NCBI RefSeq assembly: GCF_964213995.1 | Contig: NC_135816.1 | Location: 80,476,001 to 80,540,000 of the forward strand | Length of the DNA: 64,000 nucleotides | DNA from: Mustelus asterias | Taxonomy: Eukaryota | Direction: 5' to 3' | In this document: in pieces, positions 50,201-62,085 of the stretch | Layout of the letters: each line of letters opens with the position of its first letter | How positions within the stretch are numbered: the first letter of the stretch is position 1 | Notes under the pieces: generated by a model | What the model was told of the DNA's origin: nothing | Database searches by the model: none | Seen by the model: only the letters and a program-made list of their open reading frames with translations | Made by a program: the position numbers and the translations under genes

Positions 50201-53200
50201 ATGAGGTAGGGTTGGATGGGCTCAGATTGTTATCCTTATAACAGAAGAGGCTAATTGAAGTAAACAAGTTCAGAAGAACCCAGGCAGGGTAGACAGGAAA
50301 GACCTGTTTCCCCTCGCAGAGGAATCAATTACCAGGGGGCATGGATTTAAGAACTACCCCACAAGATTTCTCTTTTTTGAAGCAAAGCAAACTTTAATTT
50401 ATTACAAAAGTTCTACAAACTTGACATTGTACATTTTATAACCACGTATGCTGCAAATCTACATTTTTACTTTGTACTGAGATCGCTCACAAAATCCTGA
50501 AGATTAATTCATTTCTTCGAGAAGCAACTCAAATGTATGCCATAGCCCTCTCGAATTCACTTTGATTTCTCATCAGTTTCACACTGTGGCACTTAGACAT
50601 CCAGAGCGGCTTCTCCCAGTAAGTATTCCATTGCCTTCGTGCCCTGACTTTGGACTGACAGACTGGTTTTCCCCAGTCTACTCCCATAGCTTCTCTACTG
50701 CTCCTTCTAAGATAACTATTCAACTAACTGCTTCCTGCCACAAAGTGAACTGTCTTTCACTGAGGTTCCTCCCACTATTCCCATTCTGTCAGCTTCTTTT
50801 CCCCTCATGAATTACAAATACATTTCAACAAGACCATATCTGCAAATAACTTAGGTCAGCAACATCCAGATAACTTAAACTGAAGAATTTTTGAATCCCC
50901 CCCCCCCACTGCCCACAGCCCACCGCCCACACCCAACCCCCACCGCCCCCCCAAACCCCCAACCCCCCCACCCCCCCCACCCCCCCCCCCCCCACCCCCC
51001 CCCCCCACCTCCCTCCCCACCCCCCCACCTCCCCCCACCTCCCTTGAGCAACATGGAAAGGGGATTGATGAAGTAATCCTATCAGATACTCAATGGGAAT
51101 TGTGTGGTTTTCCTTTGCTTCTCTGAACAAGCTTTGAGCACCTTTGATACATCAGATGTGGAGTATGACTGGCAGGTGCTGAGATTTCTCTCTGAAACAG
51201 GAATTGTGTCTGTTTTGGGACCAGACATCCCAGAGGAGGTTACAGAGACAGGGAGAGTTTTAGGGGCTGGAGGAGGTTACAGAGACAGGGAGGGTTATAG
51301 GGGCTGGAGGAGGTTACAGAGATAGGGAGGGTTATAGAGGCTCGAGGAGGTTATAGAGATAGGGAGGGTTGAAGGGGCTGGAGGAGATTACAGAGATAGG
51401 GAGGGTTATAGGGGCTGGAGGAGGTTAGAGAGATGGGGAGGGTTGTAGGGACTGGAGGAGATTCCAAGTTAGGGATGAGTTCATACTGGGATTTGACCAA
51501 GAGGATAAGTGAATAGTCCCTCTCAGAATACACAATGACACTTTCTGTTCCACCTTCCTGACATTCTCAGCCTTGTCACAGGGCAGATTGTCAGCGATTG
51601 TCCTCTGATTGGCTACTGCTGCAATCTTGCTGTGATCGGCTGGGAATTCTGTGATTTTCCTGATGGGATGTCATGGACTGCTCTCTGGAAATGGCCCGGA
51701 ATCAGAATGTCTTTCAGACTGTTGGAAAACACCTCTCCTCTCCCTCCTCTCACTCCCTTCTTCTCCTCTGTCTCCTCCTCAGCCCGTTTCCTCCTTTTCC
51801 TCAGCCATCCAGCTCATAGACAGGTCCCTCTGTCCCTCCTCGAAGTTCTGTGAGGGAGGCAGGAGTCACAACAAGTTATGACTGTGCATCCAGATACTGG
51901 TTTTTGGGTGCTTCAAGCTGAGGGGCTGAACGGAGGGAGAGGGGGAGAGAGAGAGAGGGAGAGGAGAGGAGAGGGCAGGGGAGCAGGGAGATGAGATGGT
52001 GAGGAAGTGAATGAGGGAAAGGGAGAAGGAAGAAGAAGGAACAGCATTAGGGGAGGGAAGTTCAGAGCAGTGAGGAGACAAGGAAAGGGAAGGGTTCTCT
52101 GACGTGAGGGAGTGGGGAGGGAGAGGAGAAGAAAGGGAGGGAGGGGAATGGGAATGGAGGGTCAAGCGAGGAGGGAGCAGGCGAAAGGAAAAGGGATGTG
52201 AGAAATTGAAGGCGATGGAAAGTGTAGCAATGTGGGGGAGAGGGATACAAGTCTACAGAAAGAATCACCTACCGTTTTGGATTTGCCCTCGGGTTCTCCT
52301 GGCCCCCAGTTCAGTGCCTGATAGAAGAGAGAAGGATGGGGGTCAGTGATCCCAGTCCTGACACAGAGCTGGATCCCAATCTCTATCTTCCTGTCTGCTC
52401 TCTTTCTCTTACCCTCTCTCTCAATCACTTGCTCTGCATTCAAAAACCCTCTCAATCCCCAACTCTCAACCATTATCTCTCTCTCTCTCTCCATAAAACT
52501 CATTTATTACCTCTATCTTTCCTGCCTCACAATTATTCTCTCTCAACCATTACCTCTCTCATTCTGTCTCTCCCTCTCTCTGCCTCCCTCAATCTCACAG
52601 TCTCTTTCCCTCTCAATCTCCCACTCTCTTTATGTCTTTCGGTCTCCCTGTTTCCCTGACTTTCTCCCTGAATCTCTGTCTCTCTTTTTCTCTCTCTGTC
52701 CCTCCTTCTGTCTGAATCTTTTCCCATTATGTCGGTCTCTCTATGTTTCTTACCCTTTATCTCTCCCTCTTCCTCTCTCTCAGTATCACGGGGCAGAAGT
52801 TTCAGGCCGCTCACACCCTCAGGGGTTTCTGGTCATGCTGCAATGAACGGTGTTTTGGCTGAGTGCCAAATTCTTTGTCTTTGCTTGCTGCAGCGGTGGG
52901 GCACGAACAGCCGGACAATTCTCATCTAAGTCTCTCCTGTCTTGGTCTTTCTGTCTCTTTCTCTCCAATCCTGTCTATCTCAATCTCTCTCTCTCTTCGA
53001 CTCTTTAAACTCTGGCCCTCTTACCCGCTCAATCTCTCACTCTGTCTCTCCCTCTATCTCATTCACAATCTCTCTCAGTCACTCTCAATCTCTCTCTCTC
53101 TGTCCCCTTCAATTACAATCTCTCTCGCTCTCTCTCTCGTTGCCTCTCACTCTCTTTCTCTCGCTCTGTCTCATTCTGTCTTTAAGGGGATGTCTATAAA

Positions 53201-53777
53201 ATAATGAGGGGCACAGGTCAGTTAGATAGTCAACATCCTTTCCCAAAGGTAGGGGAGTCTAAAACTAGAGGGCAGAGGTTTAAGATGAGAGGGGAGAGAT
53301 ACAAAGAGGATTGTGAGCGTCTGGAACAAGCTGCCAGACGTAGTAGTGGAGGTGGGTACAATTTAGACAGTTACATGGTTAAGACGGGTAAAGAGAGATA
53401 TGAGCCAAACGTGGACGATTGGGAACAGCTTGGTGGTTAAAAAAAAAGGGTGGCATGGACATGTTGGGGCAAAGGGCCTGTTTCCATGCTGTAAACCTCT
53501 ATGACTCTATGACTCCTTGTTCCTCTCTCTCTGTCCCTCTGTCTCCATCACTATATCCAAGAATATTGAAGAGTAACACTCAGTATTATGTCTCTATCCC
53601 TTCTCCCTACCTCTAACTCTCTCTTATTCTCTCTTTTATCTCTGACTCTTTCTCCCTTTCTCTCGCTGTCTCATTCTGTTTTTATCTTCTTATCTCTCTC
53701 TCTCTCCCTCTGTCTCCATCACAATATCCATGAATATTGAAGAGTAACAGTACGATTCAGGAATGAGTTGCTAATAC

Positions 53778-53887
53778 TCAACGTTTGCTGATCACATGGA
53801 CGATGACAATAATCGAGAGAAGAATAGTCAGAATGATGACAGAGCTGATGATCTTCGCAGTACATGGAGAGCTATAGGATGGTTCAG
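53778..53887 (-). CDS. Copy 3 exon 4, stalk + transmembrane
   Basis: AEPSYSSPCTAKIISSVIILTILLSIIVIVHVISKR*. Confidence 0.8.
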
Positions 53888-56800
53888 CTGGAGGAGGAGA
53901 AGGGAAACAATCACTGTTAGAGGGATGTATTTCACGGCCCATCACTTCACACTCACTGTCTGAGAGTAACAAAAGCAGAGTAAGTGACACAGAGATACAG
54001 AGCAGTGGGTGCATGGTGGCACAGTGATTAGCACTGCTGCCTCACAGTGCCAGGGAGCCGGGTTTGATTCCCGGCTAAGGTGACTGGGTGGAGTTTGCAC
54101 GTTTTCCCCATGTCTTCGTGAGTTTCCTCCGGGTGCTCCGGTTTCCTCCCACAGCCTGAAAGACGTGCTGATTAGGTGCATTGGCCACGCTAAATGTTCC
54201 CACAGGATACCCAAACAGGCATCGGAGTGTGGCGACTAAGGAATTTTCACAGTAATTGCATTGCAGTGTTAATGTAAGCCTACTTGTGACACTAATAAAT
54301 TAACTTTAAAGTAAAGCTCCCTCTATCCTGTCCCCATCAAACACACCATCCCCACACCCCCACTTCTTGCCTTCAAACAACTGCACAACCTCAAACAGAC
54401 CATTGTCCGCAGCAAACTACCCAGCCTTCAGGAGAACAGTGACCACGACACCACACAACCCTGCCACAGCAATCTCTGCAAGATGTGCCGGATCATCGAC
54501 ACGGATGCCATCACTCACGTGAGAACACCATCCACCAGGTACACGGTACATACTCTTGCAACTCGGCCAATGTTATCTACCTGATACGCTGCAGGAATGG
54601 ATGTCCCGAGGCATGGTACATTGGGGAAACCATGCAGACGCGACGACAACGGATGAATGAACACCGCTCGACAATCACCAGACAAGAGTGTTCTCTTCCT
54701 GTTGGGGAACACTTCAGCGGTCATTGGCATTCAGCCTCTGATCTCCGGGTAAGCGCTCTCCAAGGCGGCCCTCACGACACACGACAGCGCAGAGTCGCTG
54801 AGCAGAAACTGATAGCCAAGTTCCGCACACATGAGGACGGCCTCAACCGGGATGTTGGGTTCATGTCACACGATCTGTAACCCCCACAACTTGCCTGGAT
54901 GTGCAAAATCTTACTGGCTGTCCTGTCTGGAGACAATACACATCTCTTTAACCTGTGCTTAATGCTCCCTCCACTCACATTGTCTGTACCTTTAAGAATT
55001 GATTAGCTGGAAAGACTCGCATTCCAATCATTATTCATGTAAATTTAGTTTGTGTCTTTGTGCCCTGTTTGTGATCAGAACTCCCACCCACCTGATGAAG
55101 GAACAGCCTGTTCCGAAAGCTTGTGGCTTTTGCTACCAAATAAACCTGTTGGACTTTAACCTGGTGTTGTAAGACTTCTTACTGTGTTTACCCCATCAAA
55201 TACACACAGGACATTACAAAATAGAGCCATTTAACATTTGAATGCAGTTGTTTCTTTGTCTGACTGTGATACTCACTGAGTACAGTTACATTTTTCTCTT
55301 CCTCAGACTCACCAGGTTTGGTTACATTGCAGACGTCACTCAGTTTGATGTGTGCAGTGTCTTCACTGACGGGGTTCCTGGCCTCACACTTGTACACAGT
55401 GTCATTGGTCTCCAGTGTGAAATGAAGCTGTGACTCCTGTCCATTGTCAGAGAGATGATGGATGCTGTCATTCCCCAATGCTTCTTGTCCCATCCACCAA
55501 CTGAAGCTGGTGCTGTCGCCTGTGTTCACTGAGCAGCTCAGGGTGATGTTACAGTTCTCTGTGATCTGACAGCTGATCTTTGTTCCTGTCACAGGCTCTG
55601 ATATTCAGATTGAAAGACAAAAGAAACATGAGGGAGGAATGTCGGCCCTTGTGGGTCACCTCAATATCCAGCACCCTCACGCCCGCTTCAAGACAACTCT
55701 GAACCCCGCTCAACCCTCCATTTTAACCATTCCGCTCAGAGTGTGGGATTGTATCCTGGGAATTCTCTCTGGATCAGTCTCATTGGTGACTCCAGTAAGT
55801 GGTCCCTGTGACCCTCATTATCTGGAGGGCACCCTCTCGATCTGCTGGGGAATTGGTTAAAGAAGATCAGTCTGGGTTCACAATAGAGAGACTCTAGAAT
55901 GATGATAGAGTTGTCACTGTGTACCCTGTTCAGGGAGATAGTGGTGTTGTGATAATGTCACTGGATCAGTAATCCAGAGACCCAGACTAAAGCTCTGCTG
56001 GTGTCGGTTCAAATCCAACCATGGCAGCTGATAGAAATTAAATTCAATTAATAAAATCTGGAATCGAAAACGTATCTCAGCAATGGTGAACATGAAACTG
56101 CCATTGATTGTTGTAAAAACCCATCAAGTTCATAATGTCCTTTTGTGACAGAAATCTGCTATCCTTACCTACATGTGACTACAGATCCAAAGCAATGTGG
56201 TTGACTTTTAACTGCCCTCTGAAATTGTCAAGCAAGCCGCAAAGTTCAAGGGCAATTAAGGATAGGAAACAAAGTCTGGCCTTGCCAACAACGCCCACAT
56301 CCCATGAAAGAAGAAAATATCCCTGACGAATGGAATATATTAGAAGCTGTCCTCTCTGATCTCAGTAACATCTGGACTAGGAGACGGTGGTTTTGGCAAC
56401 AACTCATTTATTTACGTGGGGCAGGTGAAGGATTATACATGACGGTTAAAATCGTTAGTGTGTTTGACATGGTAGATACTGAGAGGCTGTTCCCCCTTCC
56501 CTGCCCCGCTTGGAGATAGTGGAATTAGAGGGGTCACAATTTCGGGGTAAGGGGTATTATAGGATACTTAAGGGGCTTGACAGAATAAATGCTGAGAGTA
56601 TGTTTCCCCTCATGGGAGAGTCGAGAACCAGGGGGCATCGTCTCAGAATAAAGGATCGCCGATTTAAGACTGTGTTGTCCAGGAATTTCTGCTGTCAGAA
56701 GGTTGTGAGTGTTTGGAACTCCTTGCCACAGAGAGCTGTGGGGAAAGATTCCTTGTGTATATCTAATGCTGCAATAGATAGATTCTTGATTAAGCGAATC

Positions 56801-58109
56801 GAGGGTTACGAGAAAAGGGCAGGAAAGTGGCTGTGAGGAATATGGGGTCACCTATGTTGCAATGGATGATGGAGCAGGCTTGAAGGGTTGAATGACTGGC
56901 TCCTGTTCCTATTTCTCATGGTCTTGTGGTCAGACTATTCCAGATTGAGAAGAGGAGGAACTGATTTCTCGCAGGGTTTTGAAGATTTGGAATTCTCTCC
57001 CCTCGGGAGCTCGGGTTTCTCTCTCGATGAGGATAATCAAGACCAAGATGGAGAGATGTTTTGACAGAAGTCAGATTGAGGGATTTGGGAATCGGGTGGG
57101 ATGATGGAGTTGATGTAGCTGATCAGACAGGATCTTATTGAATGGTGGAACAGGCTCAAGGAGCTGAATGACCTCTTATTCCTATCTTTCAGTGAGCAGT
57201 GAAGCTCAGTCATCCAATAGAATCTCACTTACCGTACACTTCCAGTTTAACTCTCTCTGTATTTTCCACTCCTGAATTTCCGGTTACAATCACCTCATAA
57301 TCCCCGGGGTCCGCTCTCCGTAAATCACTGATTTGCAGGCTGAAGTTCCCAGGATGAAGTTTTATCCGTTTCTTGTAATCCTCAGCACCAAAATATTCAA
57401 CATGGCCCTTCATGTATCTTGCTACTCTGAGTCTGGGTGAAGATCGTTTCCAGAAAACCTCGTCAATCTTCAATCCATGTGGATTCTCCAGAGACAGGTA
57501 GACTGACTGACCCAGGGAGCCATTCACAGGGAGACGGGCAGCCTGATTCTGAACTGAAGTTTAACAAGAGGAAACAGTCAGTGAGTGCAGAACGAGACCA
57601 GCTCAGTGACTGGAGGATATTTCAATTCAGAGCACAACACAGTACAGGAAGAGGCCATTCCACACATCGGGCCCATACTAGTTCTATGACAGTGATCTTA
57701 TTAATCTCATTCCCTTCTACTTCTTCCATCTCACTGCAAATTTACCCCCTTCAAAGTATTTCTCCAATTCCCCCCTTTTTGCAAGTTGCTATTGAATCTG
57801 CTTCCACTTTTGAACGCCTCAATTCAATCTTCCCTTAACCTTCTGTGCTCTAAGGAGAACAATCCCAGTTTCTCCCAGTCTCTCTGCGTTGACTGAAGCC
57901 CCTGATTTCCTGGACCTGTTCCAGTAAATTTTCAACATCCCCTCCGAGGCCTTGAGAGTGTTCCAAGGAGAATTTGGACATCAAAATCCCAAATGAGGAA
58001 GCAAAACAGAACTGAGAGAGACAGAGAGAACCACAGACATTGAATAAAACTCACAGATTGATACGGAGAGAGCCAGCGAACAGCAGATTAACCATTTCCC
58101 GAACTCCAT
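53778..58109 (-). CDS. CD2/SLAM-family Ig receptor, copy 3 (exons 58109-58055, 57553-57233, 55597-55313, 53887-53778; ~256 aa)
   Basis: Same exon structure, splice sites intact, frame open. Confidence 0.9.
54348..55195 (+). mobile_element. Penelope-like element in intron 3 of copy 3
   Basis: GIY-YIG ORF 54485..54880. Confidence 0.9.
55088..55126 (+). ncRNA. Minimal hammerhead ribozyme motif
   Basis: Identical to 19164-19202. Confidence 0.75.
55313..55597 (-). CDS. Copy 3 exon 3, IgC2 domain
   Basis: 285 nt, AG/GT intact, overlaps ORF 55188..55592. Confidence 0.92.
57233..57553 (-). CDS. Copy 3 exon 2, IgV domain
   Basis: 321 nt, AG/GT intact, overlaps ORF 57225..57527. Confidence 0.92.
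58055..58109 (-). CDS. Copy 3 exon 1, signal peptide
   Basis: MEFGKWLICCSLALSVSI+T, donor gtgagt. Confidence 0.85.
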
Positions 58110-60869
58110 CTTCCTTCAGTAATAGAAGTGAGGGGTGGCTCTGAGAGATTGGAGACAATCTTGGGGGAAGGGGGGGTTTTGGTGGTGACGTTGGGGCAGG
58201 AGAGACAGATCAGAACCCAACAGCCCAGTCACCACCTTCCCTTTACTCCCTGCTGGACTGCTAACAGTGAGGTAGATAGTTGGAGTGGGATTTAGTTGGA
58301 TGGTGGGCTCGGGGAGGCTGCACTCTGATCTGGCAGAGTCTCACTATCCAGTCAGTATTGAAGAGCAGTCCGGTCAGTTGATGTGTGTAAAGCAGACGAT
58401 AGAATAGGCGAAGAGAGGAAGCCAGGCTGGGAGGAAGTTATTCTGAAATTAGATAGAGGCACAGACTGGTCACAGTTGTTGAGTCAGAAAGTGCGTGGAG
58501 CTGGACCACACCACTTTCCAGCTTTGCCTGGGGGGAGGGGGGAGCTCCATCTGCAAACTATCAGCTGCTGAGCCTCCAGCCTTTTATCTAGGCCGACCCT
58601 CAGACTGCCATGTGGGGATTGGGCATGCATGAGGTGAGTCCGTGTACCAATCTTCAGAAGACAGTGCAGAGGGGGTAGCAAGAGTTGTACATGGGGAGTT
58701 TGGGAACAGGATTCAGGGGGTTTGGAGTGAGGGCAGGGTAAGGGGGTTGTCATCCTGGTTTATGGCTGTGTAAGGGTGAGGGTTAAGGGTCAGCGATCAG
58801 GGCTGTTTGTCAAAGTTTTTAAATGAGGGGTTTTGGGGTCAGGTTTCGAGGCTCAGAGACTCCTCAGTCTGGGAGCATGGTGTGACATCAGTCTGGGGTC
58901 AGGGTGTATAGACAAGGGTCAGAGATTAAAGTCACAATGTGCGTCTTGGGGCCAGAGGCTGCGTTTGCAGTGTGCAGTCAGGGTTAGAGTTCACTGACAT
59001 GTGCAGTAAGGGGTCAGAGATCACTGACCGAGTGCACAGTCAGGGGTCAGAGTTCACTCACCATGTGCAGTCAGGGTTAAGAGTTCACCGACAGTGTTTG
59101 CAGTCTGGGGTGAGGATTAGCTGCCAGGTTGTGCTGCCAGAGGTCACTGCCAGTGGGCACAGTCAAACCCCAGAGTTTTGGGTCAGGATTCACGGGTCAG
59201 ATATGATTTATACCCTCCTGTCTTGAGTGGTAACCTCTGGTGTTGTTTTGGATCAAATGCTGTTTGAACAGCCAGCGTGGGGGCAGAGGGTGTAGGTCAC
59301 ATGTGGCAAGGCAGAGTTCACTGATTGGAGGGTGCGTGATGAGAGCTGGGAGGGATCAAGGGGTCCAGCCAGCCTGAGGAAGATGGGGTGGGCCTGAGTG
59401 ATAGGGAGTGAGGCGAGAGGGATCAGGGCTTTTGGATGTGGAGGCCAGATAGGAAGAAGAGATGGAGGAGCCTCTGAGAGAGCAAGGGGCTGGAGGATGG
59501 GCAAGGCAAAAGAAATTGAGGAGGAGCTGGTGATGAGGGGGAAGAGAAATAATCAACTACAACCCTCCCTATCTCTGTAACCACCTCCAGCCCCGACAAC
59601 CCTCCCTATCCCTGTAACCTCCTCCAACTCTGACAACCTTCCCTATCTCTGTAACCTCTTCCAGCCCCTACAACAATCCCTATCTCTGTAACATCCCACA
59701 GCCCCTATAACCCTGCCTTATCTCTGTAACCTACTCCAGCCTCAACAACTCTCCCTATCTCTGTAACCTCCTCCAGCCCCAACATCCCTCCCTATATTTG
59801 TAACCTCCTCCACTCCCTAAAGCCCTTCTGATCTCTGTACCCTCATTCAGCCCCCAACAACCCTCCCTATCTCTGTAACCTCCTCCAGCCCCTACAACCC
59901 TCCCTATCTCTGTAACCTTCTCCAGCCCCAACCACCCTCCCTATCTCTGTAACCTCCTCCAGCCCCAACCACCCTCCCTATCTCTGTAACCTCCTCCAAC
60001 CCTCCCTATCTCTGTAACCTTCTCCAGCCCCAACCACCCTCCCTATCTCTGTAACCTCCTCCAGCCCCAACCACCCTCCCTATCTCTCTAACCTCCTCCA
60101 GCCCCAACAACCCTCCCTATCTCTGTAACCTCCTCCAACCCTCCCTATCTCTGTAACCTCCTCCTATTCCAGCCTCCTGAGCATTGCCCGATTCCCATCG
60201 GTCCACCATGAGCAGCCGTGCCTTCAGCTGGGGGCTGAAACTCTGGAATTCCCTTCCTAAACCTCACCAACTGTCACTCTCTCTTTCCCTCTGTCTTTCT
60301 CTCTCTGTCTGTCTCTCTCTCTGTCAGTGTCACTGTCCTGTCTCTCTCTCTCTCTCTCTTTTCCTTTTCCTGCCTTTGTGTCACTCCATCTTTTCCCATG
60401 ACTCTCGCTCTTTCTGTCTCTATTTTCCCCTCTCTCCGCTGCTCAGTTTGCCTCTCTCTCTCTGTCTCTGCATCTCTCTTTCTCTCTCTCCAGCTCTCGC
60501 TTCCTCTATCTCTTCCTCTTTCTGTTACTCTCTCTCTCCTTCTCTCACGCATTCCTCCTTTAATAGGCTCCTTTAACCCTCACTCTGTGAGCAAGCTTGT
60601 GGTCACCAGTCCTGAATATCTGCTTCTGTGTCTCGTGTTAAATATGATTTGATTACTCCTACGGAGAGTCTTGCAATGATTAACTGAAGGTGCTGTGTAC
60701 TTGCAGAACTATACTCTGTACACAATGTCCTGCATTTACCTGGGAAAGTAATTTGGGAAAAGGCACTTCAGGCAGTTCTCATAACTCTTTCAGTTATGAG
60801 AACTCATTGATAAACAAATCAGGGGAATTGGTTTCGGCCTTAACTTCCTCGATGGATCTCTTACACTTG

Positions 60870-61682
60870 TGCCATACCTGTCCTGGGAGTGTTTGACGAA
60901 ACCAGTGCAGTGGGAACTTTACTCTCTATCTTGGGAGTGTTTGATGGGGACAGTGTAGAGGGAGATTTACTCTGTATCTAACCCCGTGCTGTACCTGTCC
61001 TGGGAGTGTTTGATGGGGACAGTGTAGAGGGAGCTTTACTCTGTATCTAACCCCGTGCTGTATCTGTCCTGGGAGTGTTTGATGGGGACAGTGTAGAGGG
61101 AGCTTTACTCTGTATCTAACCCCGTGCTGTATCTGTCCTGGGAGTGTTCGATGGGGACAGTGTCGAGGGAGCTTTACTCTGTATCTAACCCCGTGCTGTA
61201 CCTGTCCTGGGAGTGTTTGATGGGGACAGTGTAGAGGGAGCTTTACTCTGTATCTAACCCCGTGCTGTATCTGTCCTGGGAGTGTTCGATGGGGACAGTG
61301 TAGAGGGAGCTTTACTCTGTATCTAACCCCGTGCTGTACCTGTCCTGGGAGTGTTTGATGGGGACAATGTAGAAGGAGCTTTACTCTGTATCTAACCCCG
61401 TGCTGTACCTGTCCTGGCAGTGTTTGATGGGGACAGTGTAGAGGGAGCTTTACTCTGTATCTAACCCCGTGCTGTACCTGTCCTGGCAGGTTTTGATGGG
61501 GACAGTGTAGAGGGAGCTTTCCTCTGTATCTAACCCCGTGTTGTACCTGTCCTGGGAGTGTTTGATGGGGACAATGTAGAGGAGCTTTCCTCTGTATCTA
61601 ACCCCGTGCTGTACCTGTCCTGGGAATGTTTGATGGGGACAGTGTAGAGGGAGCTTTACTCAGAGCTGTACCTGTCCTGGGA
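60870..61682. repeat. 69-bp minisatellite, ~11-12 units
   Basis: Same unit. Confidence 0.95.
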
Positions 61683-62085
61683 GGGCAAGGATGTAATGCT
61701 GGAACTGTAGATAACACTAGATAGGTCACAACTGGAGTTTTATGTATAGTCTGGCCACCACATTACAGGAAGGACATAATTGTTCTGGAGAGATTGTAGA
61801 GATTTACAAGAATGTGGCCAGGAGTTGAAAATTGCAGCTATGAGGAGGGATTGGACAGGGTGAGGTTATATTCCAAGGTAGTTTGGACCAGGGAGCGGCG
61901 CGGGCTTGGAGGGCCGAAGGGCCTGTTCCTGTGCTGTATTGTTCTTTGTTCTTTGGTACATAGGTTTAAAAACTAGCTCACAGGATTTCACTTTTTTGAA
62001 ACAAAAACAAACTTTATTTTATTAAAAAAGACTTAAACAATGGAAGTCCTACAAACGTGACACTGTAGATTTTATAGCCACATAC

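Larger units (their letters stand above)
41470..60340. repeat. Tandem segmental duplication unit 3 (~18.9 kb)
   Basis: Colinear with unit 1; homology ends in the CT-rich tract near 60340. Confidence 0.95.

Noticed and set aside
4915-60340. Triplication as an assembly artefact
   Set aside because: Each unit has private insertions, deletions and many substitutions; three versions exceed two haplotypes, though long reads would be decisive
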